This document shows positions 9,343 through 18,771 of a stretch of 64,000 nt of DNA, one piece after another. The translations under genes were made by a program, and so were the position numbers. The notes under the pieces were generated by a model. The model had not been told where the DNA came from. It saw only the letters and a program-made list of their open reading frames with translations, and made no database searches. This DNA comes from an uncultured Pelagibacteraceae bacterium (GTDB lineage: Bacteria > Pseudomonadota > Alphaproteobacteria > Pelagibacterales > Pelagibacteraceae): contig CABZLO010000002.1 in the NCBI GenBank assembly GCA_902526595.1, positions 19,937 to 83,936 on the forward strand, written 5' to 3'. Numbering within the stretch: the stretch's first letter is position 1; each line of letters begins with the position of its first letter.

Positions 9343-10578
9343 TTAATTGGCATTTTTGGCTCTTTTTCTGGCTATTAGATGAGTTAAAGAGTCTACCATG
9401 GTGTCTGAAGCCTTAAAAATTTGATTATTTTTAAATTCATGTGAAATATTTTTTTCAGGATTTGTTTTATCTTCAATAACTATACCTTCGTCTGGTGAAT
9501 TATTTTTAATGTATATCAATAATAACCATTCATCGTCAGCTGCTTCATCCCATTTGACAAAAATCTCACCTGTCTCAAATCTTCTATCGATACATCTGAA
9601 AATCGACATATGTCTTGTTACATGTCTTTTGTTTAATTGGAAAACTAAACTACTTGCACTTCTGTAAAAACTTTCCAAAGAAAATTCTATTTTTTGTCTG
9701 GCTATTGTGTATTCTTTTTCTTTTTTAAGAAGCGTTTCTCTATCTTCATCTCCTTGAATTTTTACTCCTAGAGCCTCCACCCTTTCCTTAATTTTTTGAT
9801 CTCTTATTATTCGATATTTCTCTTTTAATTTTTCTATTCTTTGTTGAAGTTCTGCGTAATCCTCTCTTTTCTCTTTTAAAGAAATTTTTTCAAGTTTTTC
9901 TAATTCTTTTACTTCTCTAACTCTAAATTTTTCAATTTGTTTATCTAATCTTAATTTTTGTAAAAATTGTTTTTGTTTCTCAGCCTGTTCAATTCTTAAT
10001 AATGCTTGCTCTTTTCGTAAAAATAATTTTATGTCTTTTGTTCTTTGTTTTTCAATTTTTATTTCTTCTTTTAATGTCTCTTCTTTTAATTTAAATTTTA
10101 AATCTTCTTGTTTTTGTTTTTCCTCTTCTTTCTTAATTTTTTCTAGTCTTTCGTTTTCTTGTTTTTCTAATTTTATTCTTCTAGCTTCATCTTTTTTAAT
10201 TACTCGGTACTGATCAATTGTATTAGCAATTTTATCAAAAAAACCTTGAATATATTTTTCAAAATTTAAATTTAATTTTATTTTAAATTCGGGCTTAAGT
10301 GAATTTTGAAAATTAATTAGTTTTAAAATAAAACTATCTTCTTTTTTTACTTTGATAGTAATAGATTTTTTAATTTTTTTATAACTCTTAACTTTATTTT
10401 TTTTTGATTTATTTTTTACTTTAGTTTTATTTTTTATTTTAGAACTATTTTTTTTTACTTTTTTTCTTAATGTTTTAGTATTTCTGATATTTTTAAGTTT
10501 AACCTTTTTTTTAATTTTTTTCGATTTTTTTGGTTTTTTTGATTTTTTTTTCATTTCAAGAAGATTTATATCTATCAA
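9343..10578 (-). CDS. Hypothetical protein: Lys-rich N-terminus, long charged coiled coil, globular C-terminal domain
   Basis: 411-aa ORF beginning 4 nt after the cfa stop; E/K/Q/R-rich middle. The start may be the second Met (MKKKSK). Confidence 0.8.
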   Translation of the reverse strand: MIDINLLEMKKKSKKPKKSKKIKKKVKLKNIRNTKTLRKKVKKNSSKIKNKTKVKNKSKKNKVKSYKKIKKSITIKVKKEDSFILKLINFQNSLKPEFKIKLNLNFEKYIQGFFDKIANTIDQYRVIKKDEARRIKLEKQENERLEKIKKEEEKQKQEDLKFKLKEETLKEEIKIEKQRTKDIKLFLRKEQALLRIEQAEKQKQFLQKLRLDKQIEKFRVREVKELEKLEKISLKEKREDYAELQQRIEKLKEKYRIIRDQKIKERVEALGVKIQGDEDRETLLKKEKEYTIARQKIEFSLESFYRSASSLVFQLNKRHVTRHMSIFRCIDRRFETGEIFVKWDEAADDEWLLLIYIKNNSPDEGIVIEDKTNPEKNISHEFKNNQIFKASDTMVDSLTHLIARKRAKNAN

Positions 10579-10582
10579 TAAT

Positions 10583-11773
10583 TTATTGATAAATATAGTC
10601 TCTTGTAACTGGAGTAGATCTGTAATTTTTTGTCAATTGAAATTGATAAACGACTTGATCACCCCATTTAAATGCCATCTCACAACCTGCAAGATAGAAT
10701 TCCCACATCCTAAAAAATCTTTCATCAAACATTTGAATTATTTTATCTTTATTTCTAAGACAGTTTTCTTTCCAATGTCTAAGAGTATGAGAGTAATGAA
10801 GTCTTAAAACTTCAATATCCGCAACAATCAATCCAGCTTTTTCAATTGGTGTAGTAACTTCACTTAAACTTGGCGTATATCCACCTGGAAAAATATATTT
10901 TGTAATCCATGGATGAGGATCGCGTGGTGGATTTACTGATCCAATAGTGTGTATTAGCGAAATTCCATCATCTTTAAGCATTTTTTCAACCTGTGTGAAA
11001 AATTTACGATAAAATTTTCTTCCCACATGTTCAAACATTCCAACGCTAACTATTCTATCAAACTTTTCATTAAGCTCTCTGTAATCCATTAGCTTAAAGT
11101 TGAGTTGATTTTCAAGATTAAGCTCTCTTGCTTTTTTTTTACAATAATTAAATTGATTCTCAGATAAAGTTATTCCAGTCACTTCACAATTAGCACTTTT
11201 AGCTATGTCAATTGCTAATGATCCCCAACCACAACCAATATCTAAAACTTTTTGATTTGGCATAATGTTTAATTTTTTGATGATGTGTTTTATTTTGTTA
11301 TTTTGAGCATCCTCTAATGTATCATCTTCATTTTTAAAATAAGCACATGAGTATTGTCTTTTTGGATCTAAAAATAAATCATATAAATCATCTGAAATGT
11401 CATAATGATGGGAAACGTTCATTTTTGATTTTTTTATAAAATTAAAATTTGTTAAATATCTATAAGATCCCCTTAATCTATTTAATAAGTAACTAAAAAA
11501 ATTAAGATCTCCTCTTCCAAAATTCATAAGTGCAAGATCTAAAAAATCAGTCAGACTCCCGTTTTCTATTTTAATTTCACCATCTGTATATGCTTCACCA
11601 AAATAAAGATCTGGATGAAATAATAATTTATAATGAAGTTTTTTATTAAGGATTTTAAGTTTAATAGGATTTTCTTTTTTTGGGTTTCCAATAATGTAAC
11701 TTTTTGAATTAGCATCAACTAATATAAAGCCATCTTTCTTAAAAACACTATTTAAAAATCTAGCAAGTTGCAT
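10583..11773 (-). CDS. cfa: Cyclopropane-fatty-acyl-phospholipid synthase family methyltransferase
   Basis: FGEAY, HHYD, YSCAYF, LDIGCGWG, SVGMFEHVG, YIFPGG, RMWEFYL. Confidence 0.93.
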   Translation of the reverse strand: MQLARFLNSVFKKDGFILVDANSKSYIIGNPKKENPIKLKILNKKLHYKLLFHPDLYFGEAYTDGEIKIENGSLTDFLDLALMNFGRGDLNFFSYLLNRLRGSYRYLTNFNFIKKSKMNVSHHYDISDDLYDLFLDPKRQYSCAYFKNEDDTLEDAQNNKIKHIIKKLNIMPNQKVLDIGCGWGSLAIDIAKSANCEVTGITLSENQFNYCKKKARELNLENQLNFKLMDYRELNEKFDRIVSVGMFEHVGRKFYRKFFTQVEKMLKDDGISLIHTIGSVNPPRDPHPWITKYIFPGGYTPSLSEVTTPIEKAGLIVADIEVLRLHYSHTLRHWKENCLRNKDKIIQMFDERFFRMWEFYLAGCEMAFKWGDQVVYQFQLTKNYRSTPVTRDYIYQ

Positions 11774-11774
11774 G

Positions 11775-12659
11775 TTAAGCTGCCAGAGATGATTCGGTTG
11801 AAAAATTTAATCTTTCCAAATTAGTATTTAATTCTTCTGCCTCACCAGAATTTAAAATACTTAAAGGAGGTAATAAATTTTTGTAAGATGAATTATTTTT
11901 TCCAAAATATGTGTGAAGTCCTGATATTAGATTATATTTTTCAAAAGCGCTTCTAACATCACATAATTTTTGATTGGCTTTTTGCTCATTTCCATTTTGA
12001 AAATCATCGTAAACTTTTCTTGCTAATCCTGATGTTGCATTGCAAGTTGCTGTAATAATACCTGAGCAGCCTAGTTGAAGCCCTTTTAATAATTTGGATT
12101 CTGATCCTGGTAAAACCGAAAAATTGTCTATTTTTAAATTTTCAAACAAATTATATGAACTGTCTTTCACTCCAACAATATTATTTGGATATTTTGATAC
12201 AAGCTTTTCAACACACTCAATACTAAATTTATAACCACATAATTTTTCGAAATTATAAAGAATTATTTTACTCTCAGGAATTGCTTCAGCTATTTTACTA
12301 TAAAATTCTATTACCTCTTTATCATCATACTTGTAATAAGCTGGTGGCATTATTAAAAATTTTTTGAAATTTAAAGATTTTGAAACACTCATTAAATTTA
12401 TAGTTTCTCCTAATGAATTTAATCCAGTTCCAATAATATATTTCTCTTTATATTTGCTTTGTGCTAATTGATTTAAAAGACCTATTTTTTCTGAAACAGG
12501 AATTAACTGAGCCTGGCCGGTGCTTCCAAAAATTGCAGCTCCATGACAACCATTATCTATAACCATTTCCGCATGGTTGATGGTTTTTTCAATATTTAAT
12601 GTCAAATCATCATTTAAAATTGACATAGAAGCAGCATATATTCCACTAATTTTGCTCAT
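11775..12659 (-). CDS. Dihydrodipicolinate synthase (DapA/NAL) family aldolase, substrate uncertain
   Basis: GSTG, PPAYY, ILYN and Schiff-base Lys in GVKDSS. Confidence 0.85.
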   Translation of the reverse strand: MSKISGIYAASMSILNDDLTLNIEKTINHAEMVIDNGCHGAAIFGSTGQAQLIPVSEKIGLLNQLAQSKYKEKYIIGTGLNSLGETINLMSVSKSLNFKKFLIMPPAYYKYDDKEVIEFYSKIAEAIPESKIILYNFEKLCGYKFSIECVEKLVSKYPNNIVGVKDSSYNLFENLKIDNFSVLPGSESKLLKGLQLGCSGIITATCNATSGLARKVYDDFQNGNEQKANQKLCDVRSAFEKYNLISGLHTYFGKNNSSYKNLLPPLSILNSGEAEELNTNLERLNFSTESSLAA

Positions 12660-12708
12660 ATTGAAAATTTATATAAAAAAACTGAATAGTAAAGTTTATA
12701 AATTACTT

Positions 12709-13650
12709 GTGAAAATATTAGCAATTCAAAATAAAATGGGCATTGGTGATATGGTAATTTATCTTCCATTTATCAAAGAAATATCCAGAAAGTTTCTATC
12801 TCCAGTTAGTTTGCTCACAAAAACAAGCACAAAAGCAGAGGAATTTTTAAATCAAACAAACTATATCGATCAAATAATTTACCAAAAACAAAATGATGGA
12901 ATATTAGGCTCCATCAAATTAGCAGGAGAACTAAATAAATATAATTTTGAAAAAGTTTTTATTTTTAATTCCTCGTTAAGATTTAATTTGATCTCACGAT
13001 TAGCAGGTATTAAAAAAATTTATCAATATCCCCTATTTGAGAAAAAAAATCAGCATATCATTGGTGCTGCAAAAAAATTAATCAAAGATAATTTGGATAT
13101 TGAAGTTAATGAAAATCCTGAAATTCAAATTAACAAAAACTTAATTAGAGAAGCATCTGAAAAGTTAAATATTAAACCGGATGAAATTAATATTCTGCTT
13201 GCTATTGGTGGCTCTGGACCAACAAAAAGAATTCCTGCAAAAATCTTTTTAGAATTTATGAAAAAAATTAAAAATATGAAAAAATGTAGATTTTTTCTAG
13301 CTACTGGTAGGGATGAAGGTGAACAGAAAATATTAAATGAAATCTTAAATACTGAATTCAAAGACCAATGTGTTGCATTAGACAACTATTCAATTAATGA
13401 AACTTTACCATTGATAAAAAACTGCAATATCGCAATTTGTAATGATACTAGCTTTGCACATTTATCGGCAGCCCTTGGTATTAAAACTATTACATTAATG
13501 GCTGACACTCCTTTAATTTATGGATCTTATTCAACAAATATGTATCCAATTATACCTGACGGTGAGCAAATAGTCTCTCATAATACATTGGGTAAAGATA
13601 AAATAAATTCAGAAAAAATAGTCAGTAAATTTATATCAATATTATCTTAA
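12709..13650 (+). CDS. Glycosyltransferase family 9 (LPS heptosyltransferase-like)
   Basis: KILAIQNKMGIGDMV, CNDTSFAHLSAALG. In-frame GTG at 12709 avoids overlap with the divergent gene. Confidence 0.88.
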   Translation: MKILAIQNKMGIGDMVIYLPFIKEISRKFLSPVSLLTKTSTKAEEFLNQTNYIDQIIYQKQNDGILGSIKLAGELNKYNFEKVFIFNSSLRFNLISRLAGIKKIYQYPLFEKKNQHIIGAAKKLIKDNLDIEVNENPEIQINKNLIREASEKLNIKPDEINILLAIGGSGPTKRIPAKIFLEFMKKIKNMKKCRFFLATGRDEGEQKILNEILNTEFKDQCVALDNYSINETLPLIKNCNIAICNDTSFAHLSAALGIKTITLMADTPLIYGSYSTNMYPIIPDGEQIVSHNTLGKDKINSEKIVSKFISILS

Positions 13651-14150
13651 GAAATATCTTGAAGAACAATTTCTTTAGCTTCATTTACTATAGTTGATAA
13701 TCTTGCAGTCTCTGGAGAGACATCAGGATGAATTTTTTTTTGAATTTTTAAATAAGCTTTATTAACAATTTCTTTAGTAGGTTTCTTTGTTATATCTAAA
13801 TTTAATATTTTATATGCTTCTGAAACAGATAATGTCGATGAATTATTGCTCATAGATTGGTTAAAAGAAAATCTTCCAGAATTTCTTAAAGTTTTAATAA
13901 GCCTATAAAGAGAAAGCATTTGAATTAAGGACAAGCCTTTAAGTTTTACAAGAGCTAGACTTGCTAATGTTAACGGTAATGTTAGTAAAAATTTTCCTCC
14001 AATAGCAAATAATACTGCGAAAATCACTAATAGTAGAATTGATAGTAATCTTAGTCCTTTTGACATCTTATTAAGAGCAGCATTAGAGAACCATCTTAAC
14101 AAAAAATATAAAATAATTAAAATTAACAGTGTATAAATTATAATATTCAT
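13647..14150 (-). CDS. Membrane-anchored J-domain protein (Pam18/Tim14/TimB-like)
   Basis: N-terminal TM helices; short C-terminal J-domain EAYKILNL...IHPD...VNEAKE. Confidence 0.85.
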   Translation of the reverse strand: MNIIIYTLLILIILYFLLRWFSNAALNKMSKGLRLLSILLLVIFAVLFAIGGKFLLTLPLTLASLALVKLKGLSLIQMLSLYRLIKTLRNSGRFSFNQSMSNNSSTLSVSEAYKILNLDITKKPTKEIVNKAYLKIQKKIHPDVSPETARLSTIVNEAKEIVLQDIS

Positions 14151-14166
14151 ATATTTCCTATAGCAA

Positions 14167-16242
14167 ATGAAAGTACCATATCTAAAAAAAAAACCAGAGA
14201 TAAAATCTTGTCACAATGTCGAGTGGGAAGATAATTATAGCTGGATACATCAGAAAAATATCTTAGAAGTTTTAAAAGATAAATCTAAGTTAGACCCTGA
14301 AGTAAAAAAATATTTAGATCAAGAAAATTCTTATGCGGAGTATCATTTAAAAGACACTAAAAAATTACAAAAGAAATTATTTGATGAAATTAAGGGAAGA
14401 ATAAAATTAGATGATGAGTCTTTGCCTTACAAAGATCATACTTATGTATACTGGACAAAAACAACAGCTAAAGGAAATTATTCAATTAAGCTCAGAAAAA
14501 AAATTGGAACAAGTAAAGTTGAGGAAATTTGGAATGGCGATAAGGAAAAAGAACAACTTAAAACTGACTACTTTGGTGTTGGTGACTTAGAGGTAAGTAA
14601 CAACGATAAATATCTTGGTTATTCATTAGATCTCAAAGGTTCTGAATATTACACTATTCGTATTAGGGATATAAAAACAAATAAAATTATATCTAAGGAA
14701 ATTACAGAAACATCTGGGGGAATTACTTTTAGTTTAGATGATAAATATATCTTTTACTCAAAACTAGATAAAAATCACAGAGCAAGAAAAATTTATAGAC
14801 ACGAGATAGGAAATTTTAAAGATAAAGATAAGTTAATTTTTGAAGAAAAAAGTGAGGCTTTTACAGTTAGTATTGGGTTAAGTTCAGACGAAAAGTATTA
14901 TTTTATAAATACATCTGATCATAACACCTCAGAACAATACTATTTTAATGTAGATGAAACAAACCCTCTTCCAAAACTCATAATGAAAAGAGATAGGGGT
15001 GTTCTATACTCAACAAACTCATGGGATGGTAAATTTTATAATCATACAAATAAAAATGCAGAAGATTTTAAAATTGACATTACAGATAGTTTAGAAAAAC
15101 AAGACTGGAAACCTTTTATTTTACCTAAAAAAGAAGTTTTAATAGGGGGCCTAACTTTTCTAAAAAATTGGATCATTCGATCTGAAACCTCTAATGCTCT
15201 AGATAAATTATTTGTTAGAAATATTTCTACCAATATAGAGCAAGAATTAATATTTTCAGATGAAACAATTTATGTTCCTGGAGTTTCTCTCACTCAAAGA
15301 AATAGAGATACAGATGAAGTTTATCTTGGGTATTCTTCTCCCAAAACACCTTCGAGGGTTTATAGATTTAATTTATCAAATAAATCTAAAAAGCTTGTTA
15401 AAGAACAAGAAATTCCTTCAGGACACAATCCGGAAAATTATATTGTTGAAAGAGTAGAGTTCCAATCACACGATGGAAGATTAGTGCCATTAACAATTAC
15501 ACGTCATAAAAAAACGAAGATAGACGGGTCTGCCAACTTACTACTTTATGGATATGGTTCTTATGGTAGCTCAATGAGCCCAAGTTTTTCATCAACAAGA
15601 TTAAGTTTAATAGATAGAAATATCATTTGGGCAACTGCACATATAAGAGGTGGCTTGGAAAAAGGAATGAAGTGGTGGAAGGAAGGAAAACTAACAAATA
15701 AAAAAAACACTTTCGAGGATTATATCCACGGTAGTAGATATTTAATAGAAAATAACTACACATCTAAAGGTAAAATTATCGGCATGGGTGGATCGGCAGG
15801 AGGATTGCTTATGGGAGCCGTTGTAAATCAGTCACCAGAATTGTTTTTAGGAATTATAATGGCTGTACCTTTTGTTGACTCTTTAACAACTAATCTAGAT
15901 CACACTTTACCTTTAACAGTTGGAGAGTTTGATGAATTTGGAAACGCTAAAGATAATAAAGAACATTTCGATTATATTTTTTCATATGCTCCCTACAACA
16001 ATATAAAAAAAGCAGATTATCCTCACATGTTAATAACAACTAGTCTAAGCGATAATCGAGTTTTGTTTGATGAGCCTGCGAAATTTACGGCAAAATTAAG
16101 AGAATATAAAACTGATAATAATTTGCTTTTATTAAAAACAGAAATGAATGCAGGTCATGGTGGTAAATCTGGTCGAGATGGTGCAATTGAAGAAATAGCA
16201 ATAGACTATGCGTTTGCATTAAAAATAGCGAAAAAAATTTAA
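14167..16242 (+). CDS. ptrB: Oligopeptidase B (S9A protease II)
   Basis: EDNYSW, YGYGSYG, GGSAGG (Ser), DNRV (Asp), AGHGG (His). Confidence 0.95.
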   Translation: MKVPYLKKKPEIKSCHNVEWEDNYSWIHQKNILEVLKDKSKLDPEVKKYLDQENSYAEYHLKDTKKLQKKLFDEIKGRIKLDDESLPYKDHTYVYWTKTTAKGNYSIKLRKKIGTSKVEEIWNGDKEKEQLKTDYFGVGDLEVSNNDKYLGYSLDLKGSEYYTIRIRDIKTNKIISKEITETSGGITFSLDDKYIFYSKLDKNHRARKIYRHEIGNFKDKDKLIFEEKSEAFTVSIGLSSDEKYYFINTSDHNTSEQYYFNVDETNPLPKLIMKRDRGVLYSTNSWDGKFYNHTNKNAEDFKIDITDSLEKQDWKPFILPKKEVLIGGLTFLKNWIIRSETSNALDKLFVRNISTNIEQELIFSDETIYVPGVSLTQRNRDTDEVYLGYSSPKTPSRVYRFNLSNKSKKLVKEQEIPSGHNPENYIVERVEFQSHDGRLVPLTITRHKKTKIDGSANLLLYGYGSYGSSMSPSFSSTRLSLIDRNIIWATAHIRGGLEKGMKWWKEGKLTNKKNTFEDYIHGSRYLIENNYTSKGKIIGMGGSAGGLLMGAVVNQSPELFLGIIMAVPFVDSLTTNLDHTLPLTVGEFDEFGNAKDNKEHFDYIFSYAPYNNIKKADYPHMLITTSLSDNRVLFDEPAKFTAKLREYKTDNNLLLLKTEMNAGHGGKSGRDGAIEEIAIDYAFALKIAKKI

Positions 16243-16251
16243 TTTTTTAGT

Positions 16252-16280
16252 CTTGAAATATCAAAAGTAGTTACTAAATA
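16252..16280 (+). promoter_or_regulatory. Putative RpoH (sigma32) promoter of ibpA
   Basis: CTTGAA-N16-CTAAATA resembles the alphaproteobacterial RpoH consensus CTTGAA-N16-CCTATAT and lies upstream of a small heat-shock gene. Confidence 0.65.
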
Positions 16281-16286
16281 AAATCT

Positions 16287-16345
16287 GTAAGTCGCCTAAT
16301 GGGACTTACTAAATATAAACTTGCTTAACAAAGGAGGATATAATG
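16287..16345 (+). ncRNA. ROSE-like RNA thermometer in the ibpA 5'UTR
   Basis: 5' hairpin GTAAGTC(G)CC-TAAT-GG-GACTTAC, then UUGCU (16321-16325) just upstream of SD AGGAGG (16332-16337). Confidence 0.65.
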
Positions 16346-16789
16346 ACAAGTAAGGATCTATCTATATTTAACTCACTAAGACCGTTTTCGATTGGTTTTG
16401 ACGATATGTTTGATCAATTTGAAAATATGTTAGGAAATGGGAATTTGACAATGCAGTCAAATTATCCACCCTACAACATTCGAAAAACAGGTAAAGACAA
16501 CTATGCGATTGAGGTTGCGTTGGCTGGCTTTAATAAAAAAGACGTAGAGGTAGAGTTTGAGGATAATTTATTAACAGTTAGAACTAAACAAGTTAATAAA
16601 TCTGAGAACAGTGAAGTTACTGGAGAAATTATTCATAAAGGTATTTCTCAAAGACAATTTGCAAGATCATTCACTATTGCTGATGACGTAAAAGTAAATG
16701 GTGCAGAACTTAAGGATGGTCTTTTAATAATTTCTTGTGAAAGAATTGTTCCAGAACATAAAAAGAAAAAACTTATAGAAATTAAATAA
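16343..16789 (+). CDS. ibpA: Small heat shock protein Hsp20 (IbpA-like)
   Basis: IGFD, YPPYNI, IEVALAGF, HKGISQRQFARSF, GAELKDGLL. Confidence 0.95.
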   Translation: MTSKDLSIFNSLRPFSIGFDDMFDQFENMLGNGNLTMQSNYPPYNIRKTGKDNYAIEVALAGFNKKDVEVEFEDNLLTVRTKQVNKSENSEVTGEIIHKGISQRQFARSFTIADDVKVNGAELKDGLLIISCERIVPEHKKKKLIEIK

Positions 16790-16800
16790 GTTTAACCTTG

Positions 16801-16830
16801 CTTGCGGGGATTTTTATCCTCGCAAGTTTG
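16801..16830 (+). terminator. Stem-loop terminator between convergent ibpA and lipoprotein genes
   Basis: CTTGCGGGGAT-TTTT-ATCCTCGCAAG followed by TTTG. Confidence 0.8.
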
Positions 16831-16832
16831 AT

Positions 16833-17135
16833 TTAAAAGCATCCATTAGATACAAAACCAATAACAATATTATCTGAATTAATTTCGAATCTTCGTTCAC
16901 AAGGTATTAAATATTTTTTTGTATTATATACAAACTCAAAATTACCTTTTGCATTTGTAAAATCCTCGTCAGGTTTTCCCAACTCCATTTGAAGTTTACT
17001 TGCAGATTTTCCGATAAACTCACTCAATTTTTCATTCTCTTTTTCTACAATAGCATCAGTTTTTTGCTTCACTGTTTGACATCCAGATAAAAGAAAAAAA
17101 GTTGATAAAATTACTAAAATTATTTTAATTCTCAT
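16833..17135 (-). CDS. Hypothetical lipoprotein
   Basis: Signal peptide with lipobox LSGC; LQMELGKPD motif; two further Cys near the C-terminus. Confidence 0.8.
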   Translation of the reverse strand: MRIKIILVILSTFFLLSGCQTVKQKTDAIVEKENEKLSEFIGKSASKLQMELGKPDEDFTNAKGNFEFVYNTKKYLIPCERRFEINSDNIVIGFVSNGCF

Positions 17136-17271
17136 AAGATTGAATTAACACTCAATTGTGTCAAAAGATTAGCCTTCAAGTTGAAAACTGTTCATTTTAT
17201 ATGAAAAAATTACTTTTTTTAATGTATTTAATTGTACTAATTATTAATTCTAATTAATTTTAATTTATCAA

Positions 17272-18771
17272 ATGAATACAAAGCTCAAGATATCTAAAAT
17301 CTCAAAAATTTACCCCGGTTGTATAGCAAACAATAATGTATCTTTAAATTTTGAAAGTGGAAAAATTTACGCTTTGTTAGGAGAGAATGGTGCAGGAAAG
17401 TCTACTTTGGTAAAAATATTATCTGGCGTAATTAATCCTGATAAAGGTCAAATCTTTCTAAACGATAAACTCCTTAAACTTACATCACCCAAAGATGCCA
17501 AAAATAATAATATAGGAATGGTTTTTCAACATTTTAATCTTTTTGAAACACTTTCAGTTTTTGAAAATTTAAGCATCGATAGTGAAAAAAATAATTATCA
17601 ATTAAGAATTTTAATAAATAATATTTTAAAAAAATATAATTTCAAAATTGACTTAGATGTTCCAATTTTAAATCTTTCTGCAGGTCAAAAACAGAAGGTT
17701 GAAATTGTAAGATGTCTGATAAGAAATCCAAAAGTTTTAATAATGGATGAGCCTACCTCTGTTTTAACAGAGCAAGAAACAGAAGATCTATTTTTGTCTT
17801 TAAAAAAATTTTCTAAAGAGGGAATTTTAATTATTTATATTACTCACAAGTTAAAAGAGGTTTTGTCATTATGTGATGAGGTTGCTGTAATGAGAAAAGG
17901 TAAAGTTGTATCTATCAGTAGAACAGTTGATGAAGAACTATCAAGTCTAGCAAATAAAATGATTGGAGAAAGTTTAAACAAGATAAAAAAAATGACTTCA
18001 AATAATTTAAGTGGAGAACAAATTTTGAGCGTTTCTAGGCTAAATTTTAATAGTGAGGATCCTTACGAAGTTAATTTAGTCGATATAAATTTTACTCTTA
18101 ATAAAGGTGAATGCCTTGGGATAGCAGGCATATCGGGAAACGGCCAAAATGAATTATTTCAAATTTTAAGTGGTGAGACTCTATCAAATAATGGTTCTAT
18201 TAAGTTTAGAAGTAAAGAAATTAGCAAATTAAACCCTAGGGAAAGAAGGGAATATTTAATGGCCTTTTCACCTGAGGATCGTATATCTCAAGCAGCTGTT
18301 CCTTCATTAAAAATTTACGAAAACGTAGCACTCAATAATTTTAAAACCTCTAATTTTTTTGAAAAAGGGCTTTTTAATGAGAAAAAAATTAAAGATCACT
18401 CAAAAAAAATTCTATCAAATTTTTCAGTAAATACAGATAATGTTAACCTTAAAAGTCAATTTTTGTCTGGTGGAAACCTTCAAAAATTAATTTTAGGTAG
18501 AGAATTAATTACATCACCAGAGTTATTAATATGTTTCAATCCAACCTGGGGTCTAGATGTTGGAGCAATAAATTATATTCATCAAACACTTGTAAAAATA
18601 AATGAGCAAGGAAAATCTATAATCCTTATTTCAACAGATAATGATGAGCTTCTACAACTTAGTGATAGAATTTCTGTAATTAATAAAGGAAAGCTCTCAA
18701 AAATAATGAGTGCTGAAGAGGTTAATCCTGAAAAGTTAGGACTTTTAATGGGTGGAGGGTTAGTTGATTAA
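17272..18771 (+). CDS. Nucleoside/purine ABC transporter ATP-binding protein (CUT2-type, tandem ABC domains)
   Basis: GENGAGKST, IGMVFQHF, DEPT, LSGGNLQK, PTWGLDVGA. Confidence 0.92.
   Translation: MNTKLKISKISKIYPGCIANNNVSLNFESGKIYALLGENGAGKSTLVKILSGVINPDKGQIFLNDKLLKLTSPKDAKNNNIGMVFQHFNLFETLSVFENLSIDSEKNNYQLRILINNILKKYNFKIDLDVPILNLSAGQKQKVEIVRCLIRNPKVLIMDEPTSVLTEQETEDLFLSLKKFSKEGILIIYITHKLKEVLSLCDEVAVMRKGKVVSISRTVDEELSSLANKMIGESLNKIKKMTSNNLSGEQILSVSRLNFNSEDPYEVNLVDINFTLNKGECLGIAGISGNGQNELFQILSGETLSNNGSIKFRSKEISKLNPRERREYLMAFSPEDRISQAAVPSLKIYENVALNNFKTSNFFEKGLFNEKKIKDHSKKILSNFSVNTDNVNLKSQFLSGGNLQKLILGRELITSPELLICFNPTWGLDVGAINYIHQTLVKINEQGKSIILISTDNDELLQLSDRISVINKGKLSKIMSAEEVNPEKLGLLMGGGLVD

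Noticed and set aside
12577-12708. N-terminal extension of the GT9 ORF overlapping the divergent DapA-like gene; similar extensions at 33472-33501, 41065-41091, 61238-61273 and 62124-62159
   Set aside because: Longest-ORF artefacts; family motifs begin at downstream starts that fit the neighbouring genes.
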